From: Deltaproteobacteria bacterium
GTDB lineage: Bacteria; Desulfobacterota; Syntrophia; Syntrophales; UBA2210
Assembly: GCA_016930775.1 (NCBI GenBank)
Contig: JAFGGB010000011.1
Coordinates: forward strand, 11,415 to 75,414
Length of the DNA stretch: 64,000 nucleotides
Reading direction: 5' to 3'
Part shown: positions 1 to 9,081 of the stretch, one piece after another
How positions within the stretch are numbered: position 1 is the first letter of the stretch
Layout of the letters: every line of letters begins with the position of its first letter
Notes under the pieces: generated by a model
Told to the model about the DNA's origin: nothing
Seen by the model: only the letters and a program-made list of their open reading frames with translations
Databases searched by the model: none
Position numbers and translations under genes: made by a program

Positions 1-615
1 CACGAAATGCCGCATCTCTCGCACTTGGCAAGCGAAATAAAGGCATCTTTCATACTTGTAAGCCATCTTTTGCCCTATACAGAGGAACTCAAAGATGAAG
101 TCCTGTATAATGGAAGACATACCTCTCATGACAGTGAAGGCATGCCTTGGATGCCGCGATGGATTCTACCAAATATTGATTGGAACATGTTGACTAGCAA
201 CGCGTTGTGCGAAATCTTCAGAAAAAACCAAGTCATGTCGTTTCTTGATCTTAATTTAAATGATCGAAATCATTATTGTCCTTTTATAAAAGAAGGCAGC
301 GTTGCCGTAGGGTGGAGGGGAGATGTAAGCCCCTGTCCTCCGCTGATGCATTCTTATGATTGTTACATTAAAGAAAGAAAAAAAAGAATGAAACAATGCA
401 TAGTTGGATCGGTCGGCGGCACGCCCTTGAAGGATTTATGGAATGATTCATCGTACGCACTCTTCCGCCAGCGGGTCGATAATTTTGATTATCCTGCCTG
501 TTCTGATTGCGGCGGTTGCGATATGGTCTTGACTAATGAATCGGACTGCTTTGGGAATAATTTCCCAGTTTGCGGCGATTGTCTCTGGGCTCGCGGCCTG
601 ATCCGATGTGCCTGA
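1..615 (+). CDS. radical SAM maturase, SPASM-domain C-terminal part (5' end outside window)
   Basis: The frame is open from base 1 (ORF track 7..615). The Cys-rich tail (HYCPF, SPCPPL, CSDCGGCD, CGDCLWARGLIRC) is typical of SPASM auxiliary Fe-S domains. From memory it resembles the tungsten-cofactor oxidoreductase radical SAM maturase family; unverified. Confidence 0.7.
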   Translation, partial: HEMPHLSHLASEIKASFILVSHLLPYTEELKDEVLYNGRHTSHDSEGMPWMPRWILPNIDWNMLTSNALCEIFRKNQVMSFLDLNLNDRNHYCPFIKEGSVAVGWRGDVSPCPPLMHSYDCYIKERKKRMKQCIVGSVGGTPLKDLWNDSSYALFRQRVDNFDYPACSDCGGCDMVLTNESDCFGNNFPVCGDCLWARGLIRCA

Positions 616-662
616 AAAAGTGATCCGTTAGGGAGAAGAGGTTCAGATTAATGCAAGATGCC

Positions 663-2171
663 TTAAGCCATCTCATGTTGAGGCATGTAATCTTCAATGA
701 CTGGGAAGCTGTTTAATCTTTTGGCGATACTGTTTTCCAGGAAGGCGTTTACCCACCAGTAAATATCGTATCTGTTCAGTGTGCTTCGGATTTTACTCAT
801 ACGGCGCTGTTGTTCGGCAACAGGCATTGAGAAGGCTTGAAAGATGGCGTCAGCGGTGCGATCCTGATCGAAGGGATTGACGAGCAACGCCCATTTCTGC
901 ACTTGCGCTGCTGCGCCGGCAAATTCACTCAGTATAAGGACTCCCTTGCCGTCGATGCTGCAAGCGCAATACTCCTTGGCAATGAGGTTCATTCCGTCTT
1001 TCATGGGGGTTATGAAACCGATATCGGCTGTCCGATAGTAAGCGATCAGTTCTGCGCTGTCGAGGCTCCTGAATATGTAATGGATCGGCACCCAGCCGTC
1101 AGCGGTGAACTGGCCGTTGATTTCGCCGACGAGCCGTTCAATTTCTATTTTCAAATCATTATATTCGGCTATGTTGCTTCTGCTCGGTACGACAAATTGC
1201 ACTAAAACAACTTTCCGGTGAAGTTCAGGGTAGCGGATTAATGCCCTTCGAAAGGCTTTGAGCCGTTCGGGGATGCCCTTCGTATAGTCCAGTCGATCAA
1301 TTCCCAGGATGATCTTAACATCTTTTAAGTGACTGCGTATATCCTCTGTTCTTTGCTCTACGGCCGAGGATGAGGCTATTGCGGCGAATGCGCGACTGTC
1401 GATGCTGATAGGAAATGTTCCGATTCTCACTGTACGATCGGCGATTCGTATGGTTCGAATGCTGCGGCCGTCTTCAAAGTGGACGTTGCTGATCAGCGTT
1501 CGTACGCATTGAATGAAATTTCGCTTGTCTCTGAGGCTCTGAAATCCCAGACAATCATATGTAAGAAGCGATTTGAGAATCTCCCATTTCCAAGGCAATT
1601 TCATGAATATGTCCAATTGCGGAAAAGGTGTGTGAAGAAAGAAACCAATTTTGTTCGTTACGCCCAGCGAACGCAGTTCCTGCGCCACATTCATCAGATG
1701 GTAATCATGAATCCAGATGAAATCATTTATTTTGAGCTGTTGTTGAATCGCCAGGGCATACTTGCGGTTGACATTGCAATAGGAGGACCAGTACGAAGGA
1801 TCGAAATTGCATCGAGAAAGGAGATCGTGAAACAGGGGCCAAATTATCTCATTCGAGAATCCGTAGTAGAATTGTTGAATTTCTTCCGGACTGAGGACGA
1901 CTGGCTCCAGATCAAATCCGGAGCTCTTTGAAACGCAAGCAAGAACGGCATCTATCGAGTGTTTCGAAGCATCGATATCGCCGGGCCAACCGATCCATAA
2001 ACCTCCGCGGTCTTTTAATACGGGCGATAAAGCAGTGACGAGCCCGCCCGAACCAGGCGCGGCGGTAAGTTGTCCTTGCTTGTCTTTGAGAAGAACGACG
2101 GGCAAACGATTTGAAACAACAATGAGTCGATCCCGAAATTCTTCATTCCTTCCATGGTTATAGTCTGACAT
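663..2171 (-). CDS. otsA: alpha,alpha-trehalose-phosphate synthase (GT20)
   Basis: 502 aa. N-terminal RLIVVSNRLPV, GGLVTAL and WIGWPG blocks and overall length are characteristic of OtsA. It lies 24 nt downstream of otsB on the same strand. Confidence 0.9.
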   Translation of the reverse strand: MSDYNHGRNEEFRDRLIVVSNRLPVVLLKDKQGQLTAAPGSGGLVTALSPVLKDRGGLWIGWPGDIDASKHSIDAVLACVSKSSGFDLEPVVLSPEEIQQFYYGFSNEIIWPLFHDLLSRCNFDPSYWSSYCNVNRKYALAIQQQLKINDFIWIHDYHLMNVAQELRSLGVTNKIGFFLHTPFPQLDIFMKLPWKWEILKSLLTYDCLGFQSLRDKRNFIQCVRTLISNVHFEDGRSIRTIRIADRTVRIGTFPISIDSRAFAAIASSSAVEQRTEDIRSHLKDVKIILGIDRLDYTKGIPERLKAFRRALIRYPELHRKVVLVQFVVPSRSNIAEYNDLKIEIERLVGEINGQFTADGWVPIHYIFRSLDSAELIAYYRTADIGFITPMKDGMNLIAKEYCACSIDGKGVLILSEFAGAAAQVQKWALLVNPFDQDRTADAIFQAFSMPVAEQQRRMSKIRSTLNRYDIYWWVNAFLENSIAKRLNSFPVIEDYMPQHEMA

Positions 2172-2195
2172 GGTTACATTTTCCTTTACGTTCCT

Positions 2196-3023
2196 TTATG
2201 ATGGCGCGGAGAAAGTTTTGTTGGAGCGCTGTCGCGCCATTACAAGCCATGTTTCCAGAAATGTCCGTACAGCAGTGCAATCGGGAAGGACGGCGCCGGC
2301 TGATGTGCGTTGATTTCCAGGTCCAACGATTATGCCTACGCCCCTGGTTGCAACTGTTCGGAAAGCATCTTCATCGGTTTCGTCATCACCGATATAGACA
2401 GAAGCGGTCCCCGCCGGAAGAAGCGTTAACAGGTGATCAATAATGTCTCCCTTGTGGCGGCCGAGAGCGCGAAGTTCAAGACCGCCGTCGAAGTATCGAC
2501 ATTGCAGGTTGCTGTTTGCGGCGAAGGACGACCATGTCTTCCAGGCTTCCGCTTCTAAATGTCGTGCGACCGATGTCGACAGCCCTCTTGTGTGAAGTGC
2601 TATGCTGCCGATCTTCGTTTCTATCGGAGCGTTGGGGCTAAGTCGAATCATCGCTTTAGTCGCCAGGCGAAGTCCTTCCGCCTGGAGGAGCGTCGGCGGA
2701 AAGACGTCAAGCCGGCCGTCGGGATGCTGCAATTCAAAGCCGTGGCTTCCTGCAACGTATATATCCTCCTTGCCAAGGAGTTCGTTGATTTCTGCTACCG
2801 GTCTGCCGGATATGACGGCGACGGTTGTATCGGGAATGGCCGCGATAGAACGAATAAGGCGGGGAACGTCATCGAGAGGTTTTGCCTCCATTCGCTTGAT
2901 CCGGAATGTTGCCAAGGTTCCATCATAGTCCAGTCCGAGAAACCGGTGGGTGGCTGAAAAAATATTCAGCCAAAAATTCCGTGATCCAATAGGATGATTA
3001 TTTATCCCACTTTGCTCGTTCAA
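2196..3023 (-). CDS. otsB: trehalose-6-phosphate phosphatase (HAD)
   Basis: 275 aa with the HAD motif I LDYDGTL and a GDDETDEDAF motif near the C-terminus. Located between treT and otsA. Confidence 0.85.
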   Translation of the reverse strand: MNEQSGINNHPIGSRNFWLNIFSATHRFLGLDYDGTLATFRIKRMEAKPLDDVPRLIRSIAAIPDTTVAVISGRPVAEINELLGKEDIYVAGSHGFELQHPDGRLDVFPPTLLQAEGLRLATKAMIRLSPNAPIETKIGSIALHTRGLSTSVARHLEAEAWKTWSSFAANSNLQCRYFDGGLELRALGRHKGDIIDHLLTLLPAGTASVYIGDDETDEDAFRTVATRGVGIIVGPGNQRTSAGAVLPDCTAVRTFLETWLVMARQRSNKTFSAPS

Positions 3024-3027
3024 TAGC

Positions 3028-4269
3028 CTAAGCCTGCAAAATGATCCTTTCTTTGGAATTGTGCATGATCGAAATTATCAACGTCAGATACTCGCGAAGA
3101 TGCCGGGTGATAAGGAAATTTTCTCGAACGAATTCTTTTGCCTTATTTCCCATGTTTTCGAGGATGTCGCGGTGTTTGAGCAGATAGCGGATTCGAAGAG
3201 CTGCGCCTTCCGGAGAATTTACGAGGAAGCCCGTATGGTGGTTGAAAACTTGTATCCGAATGCCGCCTGTGTCTCCGCCGATAACGGCTTTTTGCTTCCA
3301 CAAGGCCTCCGTAACGGTAAGACCGAATCCCTCACGGAGAGATTTCTGAAGAATAATGTTGGAGACTCGCTGCAAGGCGTTGATTTTCCGGTGAGCATCG
3401 GGCGGCAAGACGATTATGTGTATATCTGGATCGTTGTCTCTGGCAAGTTCGACTTCTTCGAGGACTTCAGCTCCCTCGGGATCGTCGTTGGCGCCGCTCC
3501 CTGCTAGCACAAGTTGCAATGGACTGAACTTTTTAGCCAATTTGTATGATTCGATGACGCCAAGAGGGTCCTTGAATCGGTCAAAACGGGAAATCTGCGT
3601 TATGATCGGACGGGATTCGTCAAGATGCCATGTTTTATAAACATCTTTAAGATCGCTAGAATCAAGGTCGATATTTTTCGGACTTAAGGGGTCGATGCTT
3701 GGAGGGACCACATACATAGGATGAGGCAGATTCTGGGCAAAAGACGGCAATGACCAGATGCTCGCATCATAGAGGGTAACGAAGTCTCTCAGATATTTCC
3801 ATACAGGGCGATAGGGGTGACTTGCATCGATGTGGCAGCGCCAGAACCATCGTCCTTTCCTGTCGGCGCAGAAGCGAAGAAGCGGCGCCGGCTGAGGATC
3901 ATGAATAAAGACAATGTCGGCGTTCTCGAGAGTGTCCTTCAGACGTTCATAGTTGATGGAATTGATCTTCTCGTAATGGCTCAGCATTGCATTGTTTATT
4001 GCGACCTTGTTGCCCTGAAGCGCATTGTGAAATTTCTTTGTGCATTCGTAGAATTCTCGATCGCCTGAAGTGACTTCCCAGGAAACATCCAAACCCAAGG
4101 ATTTTTTCAATGGCAAGAGACATTGCAGTATTTCCGCTACGCCGCCTCCCTCGCTGGTCGAGTTTACGTGAACGATTTTGAGTCCCCTGAGATGCCTCGC
4201 CAGTTGCATCAAATGCTGGATAACCGCATCGCCCACGATTGATCTGTATTGTTCAAGGCTTGGCGTCAT
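3028..4269 (-). CDS. treT: trehalose glycosyltransferring synthase-like GT4 glycosyltransferase
   Basis: 413 aa. VNSTSEGGGVAEIL, KKFHNALQG, HDPQP and WRCHID blocks match my memory of archaeal/bacterial TreT. A C-terminal GT1/GT4 E-x7-E region (REGFGLTVTEALWK) is present. Confidence 0.8.
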   Translation of the reverse strand: MTPSLEQYRSIVGDAVIQHLMQLARHLRGLKIVHVNSTSEGGGVAEILQCLLPLKKSLGLDVSWEVTSGDREFYECTKKFHNALQGNKVAINNAMLSHYEKINSINYERLKDTLENADIVFIHDPQPAPLLRFCADRKGRWFWRCHIDASHPYRPVWKYLRDFVTLYDASIWSLPSFAQNLPHPMYVVPPSIDPLSPKNIDLDSSDLKDVYKTWHLDESRPIITQISRFDRFKDPLGVIESYKLAKKFSPLQLVLAGSGANDDPEGAEVLEEVELARDNDPDIHIIVLPPDAHRKINALQRVSNIILQKSLREGFGLTVTEALWKQKAVIGGDTGGIRIQVFNHHTGFLVNSPEGAALRIRYLLKHRDILENMGNKAKEFVRENFLITRHLREYLTLIISIMHNSKERIILQA

Positions 4270-5006
4270 TGCTCGTTCCTGTAATATTTTTGCACTATGT
4301 CTTTGATCTCCCTTTCAATGTCGTGCAGGGTTGTGAAGTAGGGATCGATATTGTTAATGGACCGGACAAGAGAATCGTGTTGTCCGTCGAAGCTATGCAG
4401 CCAACGAGAAAAATCGTTTCCTTTATCGGGATTCCGCCGCCGAGCATCTATGAAATGATAAAAAATACTTCCCAATGACATTAAGTCGATATTCCTGAGA
4501 AGATCTTGCGGTTCTGTAAGTTTCAACTTCGTATCAAATACAACAATTTGCGAGTGGACGAAATAGAACTGTCGATCTTCATCAACCCAGGACGGCATGT
4601 CCAATTCGTCGAGTCGCTCGTCGATGACTTCAAGGACCTCTTTGCGTAAATCTTCCAGATCTCGGAAGTCCATTGGATTGATAATGGCAAGACGTTCGGC
4701 CAATTTTTTATCATGGAGGCTATGGCTCGCCCATGAAGCAAAATCGTTGGGAAATTCGGGATCGTCGAATCTCGAACGAAGCAAGGCGCCCCAAAAGTGG
4801 TAATAGATGCAGGACGGCGATATCGTGTCCGCAATACTGCGGACCTCGCGAAGGGTTCGAGCTTTCAAGCCGGTTGCTACGGCGACAAGCGTACAGTCTT
4901 TAATGGAAAAATCATTGTTCGTCGTTTCACGTTTCATGATAAAATCATTGCATTCAAATCGTTTATACCCTGGTTTTTTAAAATACAATAAGAATTGCCG
5001 GCTCAT
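4266..5006 (-). CDS. hypothetical protein with two internal repeats (possibly DUF5752-like), first gene of the trehalose operon
   Basis: 246 aa. Its stop overlaps the treT start by 4 nt (4266-4269). It contains two related blocks, IYYHFWGALLRSRFDDPEFPNDFASWASHSL and IFYHFIDARRRNPDKGNDFSRWLHSF. The true start may be an internal Met (MKRETT). Confidence 0.6.
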   Translation of the reverse strand: MSRQFLLYFKKPGYKRFECNDFIMKRETTNNDFSIKDCTLVAVATGLKARTLREVRSIADTISPSCIYYHFWGALLRSRFDDPEFPNDFASWASHSLHDKKLAERLAIINPMDFRDLEDLRKEVLEVIDERLDELDMPSWVDEDRQFYFVHSQIVVFDTKLKLTEPQDLLRNIDLMSLGSIFYHFIDARRRNPDKGNDFSRWLHSFDGQHDSLVRSINNIDPYFTTLHDIEREIKDIVQKYYRNEQ

Positions 5007-5180
5007 ACTGCCCGAAAAAGAACGAACCGGAATTTCAGCCTTGTTTGATTTACCGCTCGGATTAACGTCGAACGACCCATCAGTGATTATCGGAAACTTG
5101 CGTATTCTACCATGACTTCATTTAATGTCAAGGTTGTCGTAGATTTTCTCAATAATTGATAAATAAAATTGCAGACAAGA

Positions 5181-5202
5181 AAGATTATATAATCTTAAGA
5201 TT
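5181..5202. promoter_or_regulatory. overlapping perfect palindromes (candidate operator)
   Basis: AAGATTATATAATCTT (5181-5196) is a perfect 16-bp palindrome and overlaps the 12-bp palindrome AATCTTAAGATT (5191-5202). It lies ~175 nt upstream of the trehalose operon start, in AT-rich DNA. Confidence 0.3.
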
Positions 5203-5427
5203 CAAAATGTTGCTGAGGTCTTTCGTTTATAAAATCGTGTTGATTGATTATTATTTGGGGTTGCAAAGATAAAAACTTTATTTGCGGACTTGCGGGAAAG
5301 ATCCTGTTGTTGCGCATTCAGACAGTTCTGAATATGAACCTTGCCGGACGAGAAGGCTGTTCGGCTCGACGTTCGATTGGAAGACGCTGCGCGAGTAAAA
5401 GAGGAACGCCGGCGGTCTATCCTCATA

Positions 5428-5787
5428 ATGAAGAGCGGAAGAAAGAAAGGTCTTTTCCGCGCCGCAGTACCCTTTGAGTTGTCCGGCATTCGAAAGGTCG
5501 TCGGGCTGGGGTATGAACTGATAACTGCGGAGAATAAACCAGCCAATAACGGTCGTCGACTGTTGCTGCACGATATGGCGTCCGGCGTCGGACTGTTGTG
5601 CGCAGGATCACAAGAGTCGCCTATGACCGATCCACGCGATGAAATCGTAATCCCCGGGAAACACTCTGATGCGGTCCGGAAGATCGGGGATGACCTGAGG
5701 AAGGGCACTCTTCTTCCTCGTGCGTATAAAATTGCTTTTTCGATAAACGCCATCTCAGGAGTGTTGCAAAGTTCTTTTCTTCCATGA
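5428..5787 (+). pseudogene. truncated paralog of the ATP-grasp gene at 9082..10284 (N-terminal domain only)
   Basis: KGLFRAAVPFELSGIRKVVGLGYELITAENKPANNG aligns ungapped with RILVLGAGLFQISGIQKAVNLGYEVITLDNKPENIG of the 400-aa ATP-grasp protein (19/36 identical by hand). The ORF stops after ~120 codons. A weak P-x-LK-x-GSG-like continuation appears in another frame, and no intact ORF follows. Confidence 0.55.
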
Positions 5788-6436
5788 GCATCCATGGATT
5801 GAAATATCTGCCGTCCCTGAAATGGGGGTCTGGTGAAGATCAGCACTAGCGTTTTCTTCGATTGTTTGCCAGTTCTTTTGGAACTTCATACGCAACTCCT
5901 CGATGTCTGCGCAATAAGGCCTGAAATATTAAGTGAATAGAAGCTCCATTGCACGTGACCGTTCAACATTGTCTTTCGACCAAGGCAACGTTTTGCGGCA
6001 TGGTCCATATGTTGCCGTCATTTTGAGAAAGGCAGCGATTTGACTTTAAGGCTCTATCGGAACGTTATGGCCGCGATGCACGGGCAACCTGTGGCGCAGC
6101 CAAACGCCTGCAGCTTTGCTCCACAATGCCTGATTTCGAAGCTTGTTGCCCAGTCCCTTGGTTGACAACGATACGGGGCGTGCCTTTTCGATATTGCGAA
6201 CTTCGCATTTAGTCTATTCGTTTCATTGATATGCAGTGCCCTTGAGCGGCCAGAATGACTGCACAAAAACAGAAAAAAGAGGCGCTCTTGCTGGAAATGT
6301 GGTACATTTTCGGCGCAGATCATTCAAATGCAGATTGAGCCTGTCCGTGGAAGTTTCAATGTTCTCAAAGGCGATAACTTTGGGAAGAAAAAATTTCAAT
6401 AAACCATATTTCAGAGTCAGATAAGGAGGCAAAACC

Positions 6437-7264
6437 ATGCAAGCGTTGTTTACATTAACCTCTTCAGAATCGAAGCGACTGCTCGGCAAGGCTGTCGCGG
6501 CGTTGCCGGAGGTGCAGCAGGCAAAGGAAAATGGGTATTTAGTGATAGGGCGCGGTTCAACGAACGCCTTCGTTATCGAAGAACTTATGAACAGCGCGAT
6601 GGACAAGGAAAAGTATGTCGCCGGCCAGATTATCAAAGGCGTTTTATGCGTCCTGGGCCAGGACCTGAGAAGCAAGCCGGTGACCTTTCATAAAGGCGAG
6701 GTCCTGGCTGTGGAGCCGGGTGCGGTCGTAGACAAGCTCACGCCCGGCGATATCCTCATTAAAGGCGCAAACGCAGTCGATCCCTTCGGCAATGTTGGCG
6801 TTCTTATGGCCGGTCCAGGCGGCGGGACGATGGGACAATTCTACATGGCTCTGAAGGCCCAGGGCGTCGAGACCATCTACCCGGTCGGTCTCGAGAAACT
6901 TATTCCCTCCGTGGAAGAGGCAGCTCTTTACGGCGGCAAGCTGATGCTGGACCGAACCATCGGTTGCCGAGTGGGGATGGCCTGCGTCGCCGACGGGCGG
7001 ATCGTGACGGAAATAGAAGCGATCGACATTCTCTTTGGACTGGACGCAATCCATTATGCTTCCGGCGGCTGGGGAGGCGCAGAGGGGTCCGTTACGCTGA
7101 TTGTCGAGGGCGATGACGATGATGTGAAGGCATGCATGGATGCGATCGAAGCAATCAAGGGCGAACCCCCGCTGCCCGTCGTCAAATCACCCTGCAAAAT
7201 CTGCGGCGCTCCTTGCAGCTTCAAAGGGAAGGATATTGAAGAACTGCCTGCCTATCTCAGATAA
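6437..7264 (+). CDS. hypothetical protein, 275 aa
   Basis: A strong SD (AAGGAGG, 6421-6428) precedes the ATG. Amino-acid composition looks normal. The C-terminus carries CKICGAPC, and a canonical terminator follows. I do not recognise the family. Confidence 0.75.
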   Translation: MQALFTLTSSESKRLLGKAVAALPEVQQAKENGYLVIGRGSTNAFVIEELMNSAMDKEKYVAGQIIKGVLCVLGQDLRSKPVTFHKGEVLAVEPGAVVDKLTPGDILIKGANAVDPFGNVGVLMAGPGGGTMGQFYMALKAQGVETIYPVGLEKLIPSVEEAALYGGKLMLDRTIGCRVGMACVADGRIVTEIEAIDILFGLDAIHYASGGWGGAEGSVTLIVEGDDDDVKACMDAIEAIKGEPPLPVVKSPCKICGAPCSFKGKDIEELPAYLR

Positions 7265-7313
7265 GAACAGGCGTTCTCCCGATGAACTATGGGAGTATGA
7301 GGAAGTTTAAAGG

Positions 7314-7359
7314 GGGGGTTGCGATTCATTCGTCGCAACCCCCGTTCTTTGCTTTTTTT
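7314..7359 (+). terminator. Rho-independent terminator
   Basis: An 11-bp perfect stem GGGGGTTGCGA/TCGCAACCCCC (7314-7324 / 7333-7343) with an 8-nt loop, followed by GTTCTTTGCTTTTTTT. Confidence 0.8.
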
Positions 7360-7466
7360 AACCAATGACGGGATTCGAACCGAGGTCCGGATGATTACGG
7401 ACCATGAAGTTGAAAGAGGGGTGCATCGGAGATTGTTTGTCGCCCACAGGTAAGTCTCTTACAGAT

Positions 7467-7498
7467 CAGCGACAGACAGCAAGTCGTCGCTGTTTTTT
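7467..7498 (+). terminator. second, orphan Rho-independent terminator
   Basis: Stem CAGCGAC/GTCGCTG (7467-7473 / 7486-7492) followed by TTTTTT (7493-7498). No credible ORF lies between it and the previous terminator. Confidence 0.5.
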
Positions 7499-7941
7499 CG
7501 GAGATCGCCGTCTGAAAGAGAAGATGTTCCGTGAAGCGCATGCCAGCGTTTCCTTTGCCAGTTGGAGGCGCCAATTGGAAGGCTGTGCATGCTTTTTAAT
7601 CATTGAAAGCCGCATATCCACAAGAATAAGCTTTGAATTTAGGTTCTTGTCAGGGCCGACAAGGTTGTGTTCATCCTGCCCTTGGTCAGGCCCGATGCCG
7701 TCCGGTGGAGGAACTGATGGAGGAGCGATCCGCCGAGGGGTTCATCGATTCTTTGCTGATGGTCCATAACTTGTTCTTCCCTACGAACGAAATCTTTTCA
7801 AAGCCGCATTCAGCAATTTGTGGATTCACAAGATTGGTATAATCGGCGCGGTCGGCTTCCTTGTTTCCGGGTCTGCGCCAGTCCAATGGCAGAGCTGAAA
7901 GCCTTCCGTGGCGGAACCACAACAGGCCCGCATACGAGTTG

Positions 7942-8919
7942 ATGAATACAAAAGAAATGGCCGGCCACCTCGGGATTCATGAGAAACGCGTTTATGCACT
8001 GATCAGGCAGAAGAGGGTTCCTGCTTCCCGGGTAACCGGCAAGTGGTTGTTCCCGAAGAATCTTGTCGATGAATGGATTGAGCGGGATGTTGCATCCGGA
8101 TTTGCCGAAGCGAAGAAGAAAGGGAGCAGAATCGGCGGAGCTTTATTGGCTGCGGGAAGCAACGATGCGGTCTTGGACATCCTTCAGAGTGAAGTGCGCA
8201 AGACGAATCCCGATATTCTTCTGTTTTCATCAAATACAGGCATTAAAGCGGGTTTGGCAGCGCTGAACAAAGGATATTGCATGGTCCCATCTGCTTGATC
8301 CATCGTCCGGCGGTTATAATATACCGTTTGTATCCAACGTTGTGTCAGACATCGAGCCCGTCGTCGTGAATCTCTTTAGGCGTGATGTGGGATTCATAGT
8401 CGTGCCGACAAATCCCCTTGGAATTCGTGATTTCATGGACCTTGCCAAGGAGAATGTCCGATTTGTCAACCGGCAGCAGGGCTCAGGCATTCGTGTTCTG
8501 ATCGATCGCCAGCTCGCTCAAAATGGCGTCGATGCCTGGGAAATAAGCGGTTACGAACGGGAAGTCTATACTCATTTTGAAATCGCGCTGAAAGTTCTTT
8601 TGGGTGAAGCTGATGTCGGCGTCGCCACATACGCCGCCGCAAAACTTTTCGGCCAGCCGATCCTCGAATGCTGAGAGTGGTTCTCCACGAGAGAAGCTGC
8701 TGAGGCGGTCCCCCGCTGGGCCTGGTTCTGGACGAAGCGATGGATAACGATCATGTCGTGGAAGAGAGAGCCTTTAATATTCTCGTGGATCGGGCTTTGT
8801 CGCAACGCATCGGACCGGTGATGATCGAGGCCGTTGACACTCCCCGGGGGAAGATCGTAAAATTGGAAACACCGACCTTGAAGGGATTTGTTCAGCTGTT
8901 TTTCAAAGCCTCGTATTGA
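7942..8919 (+). pseudogene. disrupted HTH (excisionase/MerR-type) regulator with a periplasmic-binding-protein-like (molybdate-binding-like) domain
   Basis: The N-terminus MNTKEMAGHLGIHEKRVYALIRQKRVPASRVTGKWLFPKNLVDEWI is the typical HTH of this family. The reading frame breaks near 8270-8280: the expected ...DIAWSHLLDPSSGGYNIPF... continues in another frame. The middle part is ORF 8342..8674 (FVNRQQGSGIRVL, GYEREVYTH, GEADVGVATYAAAK). The tail (8740..8919) is in a third frame. Confidence 0.7.
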
Positions 8920-9081
8920 ACGGAAACGGATGAATCATCAGACAATGAATATCAATTAATGAGCGTGGATTTTATTGTCGGACATCAGAGATCGTTTACA
9001 TAAGCCCAATTGCTGAATATGGCCTGTTCTAATCTTGCTGGCGGCAGTGATGTTTAACTAAAAACGTTTTGGTACATTCTT

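Noticed and set aside
5202-5846. A 214-aa minus-strand ORF, the longest ORF in the 5.1-6.4 kb gap.
   Set aside because: It has a Ser/Arg/Pro-rich composition and no motifs. The opposite strand carries a recognisable ATP-grasp N-terminal remnant, which explains the open frame.
6300-6314. A sigma54-like element TGGTAC-ATTTT-CGGC upstream of the 6437 gene.
   Set aside because: The GG/GC spacing is correct, but the -12 box is CGGC rather than TTGC, and it lies 123 nt from the ATG. It is too weak to call without a genome-wide motif model.
7368-7385. A possible tRNA gene suggested by GGTTCGAATCC on the minus strand.
   Set aside because: The flanking bases cannot form a T-stem, acceptor stem or anticodon arm. 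It is only a fragment, discussed as a possible scar in the findings.
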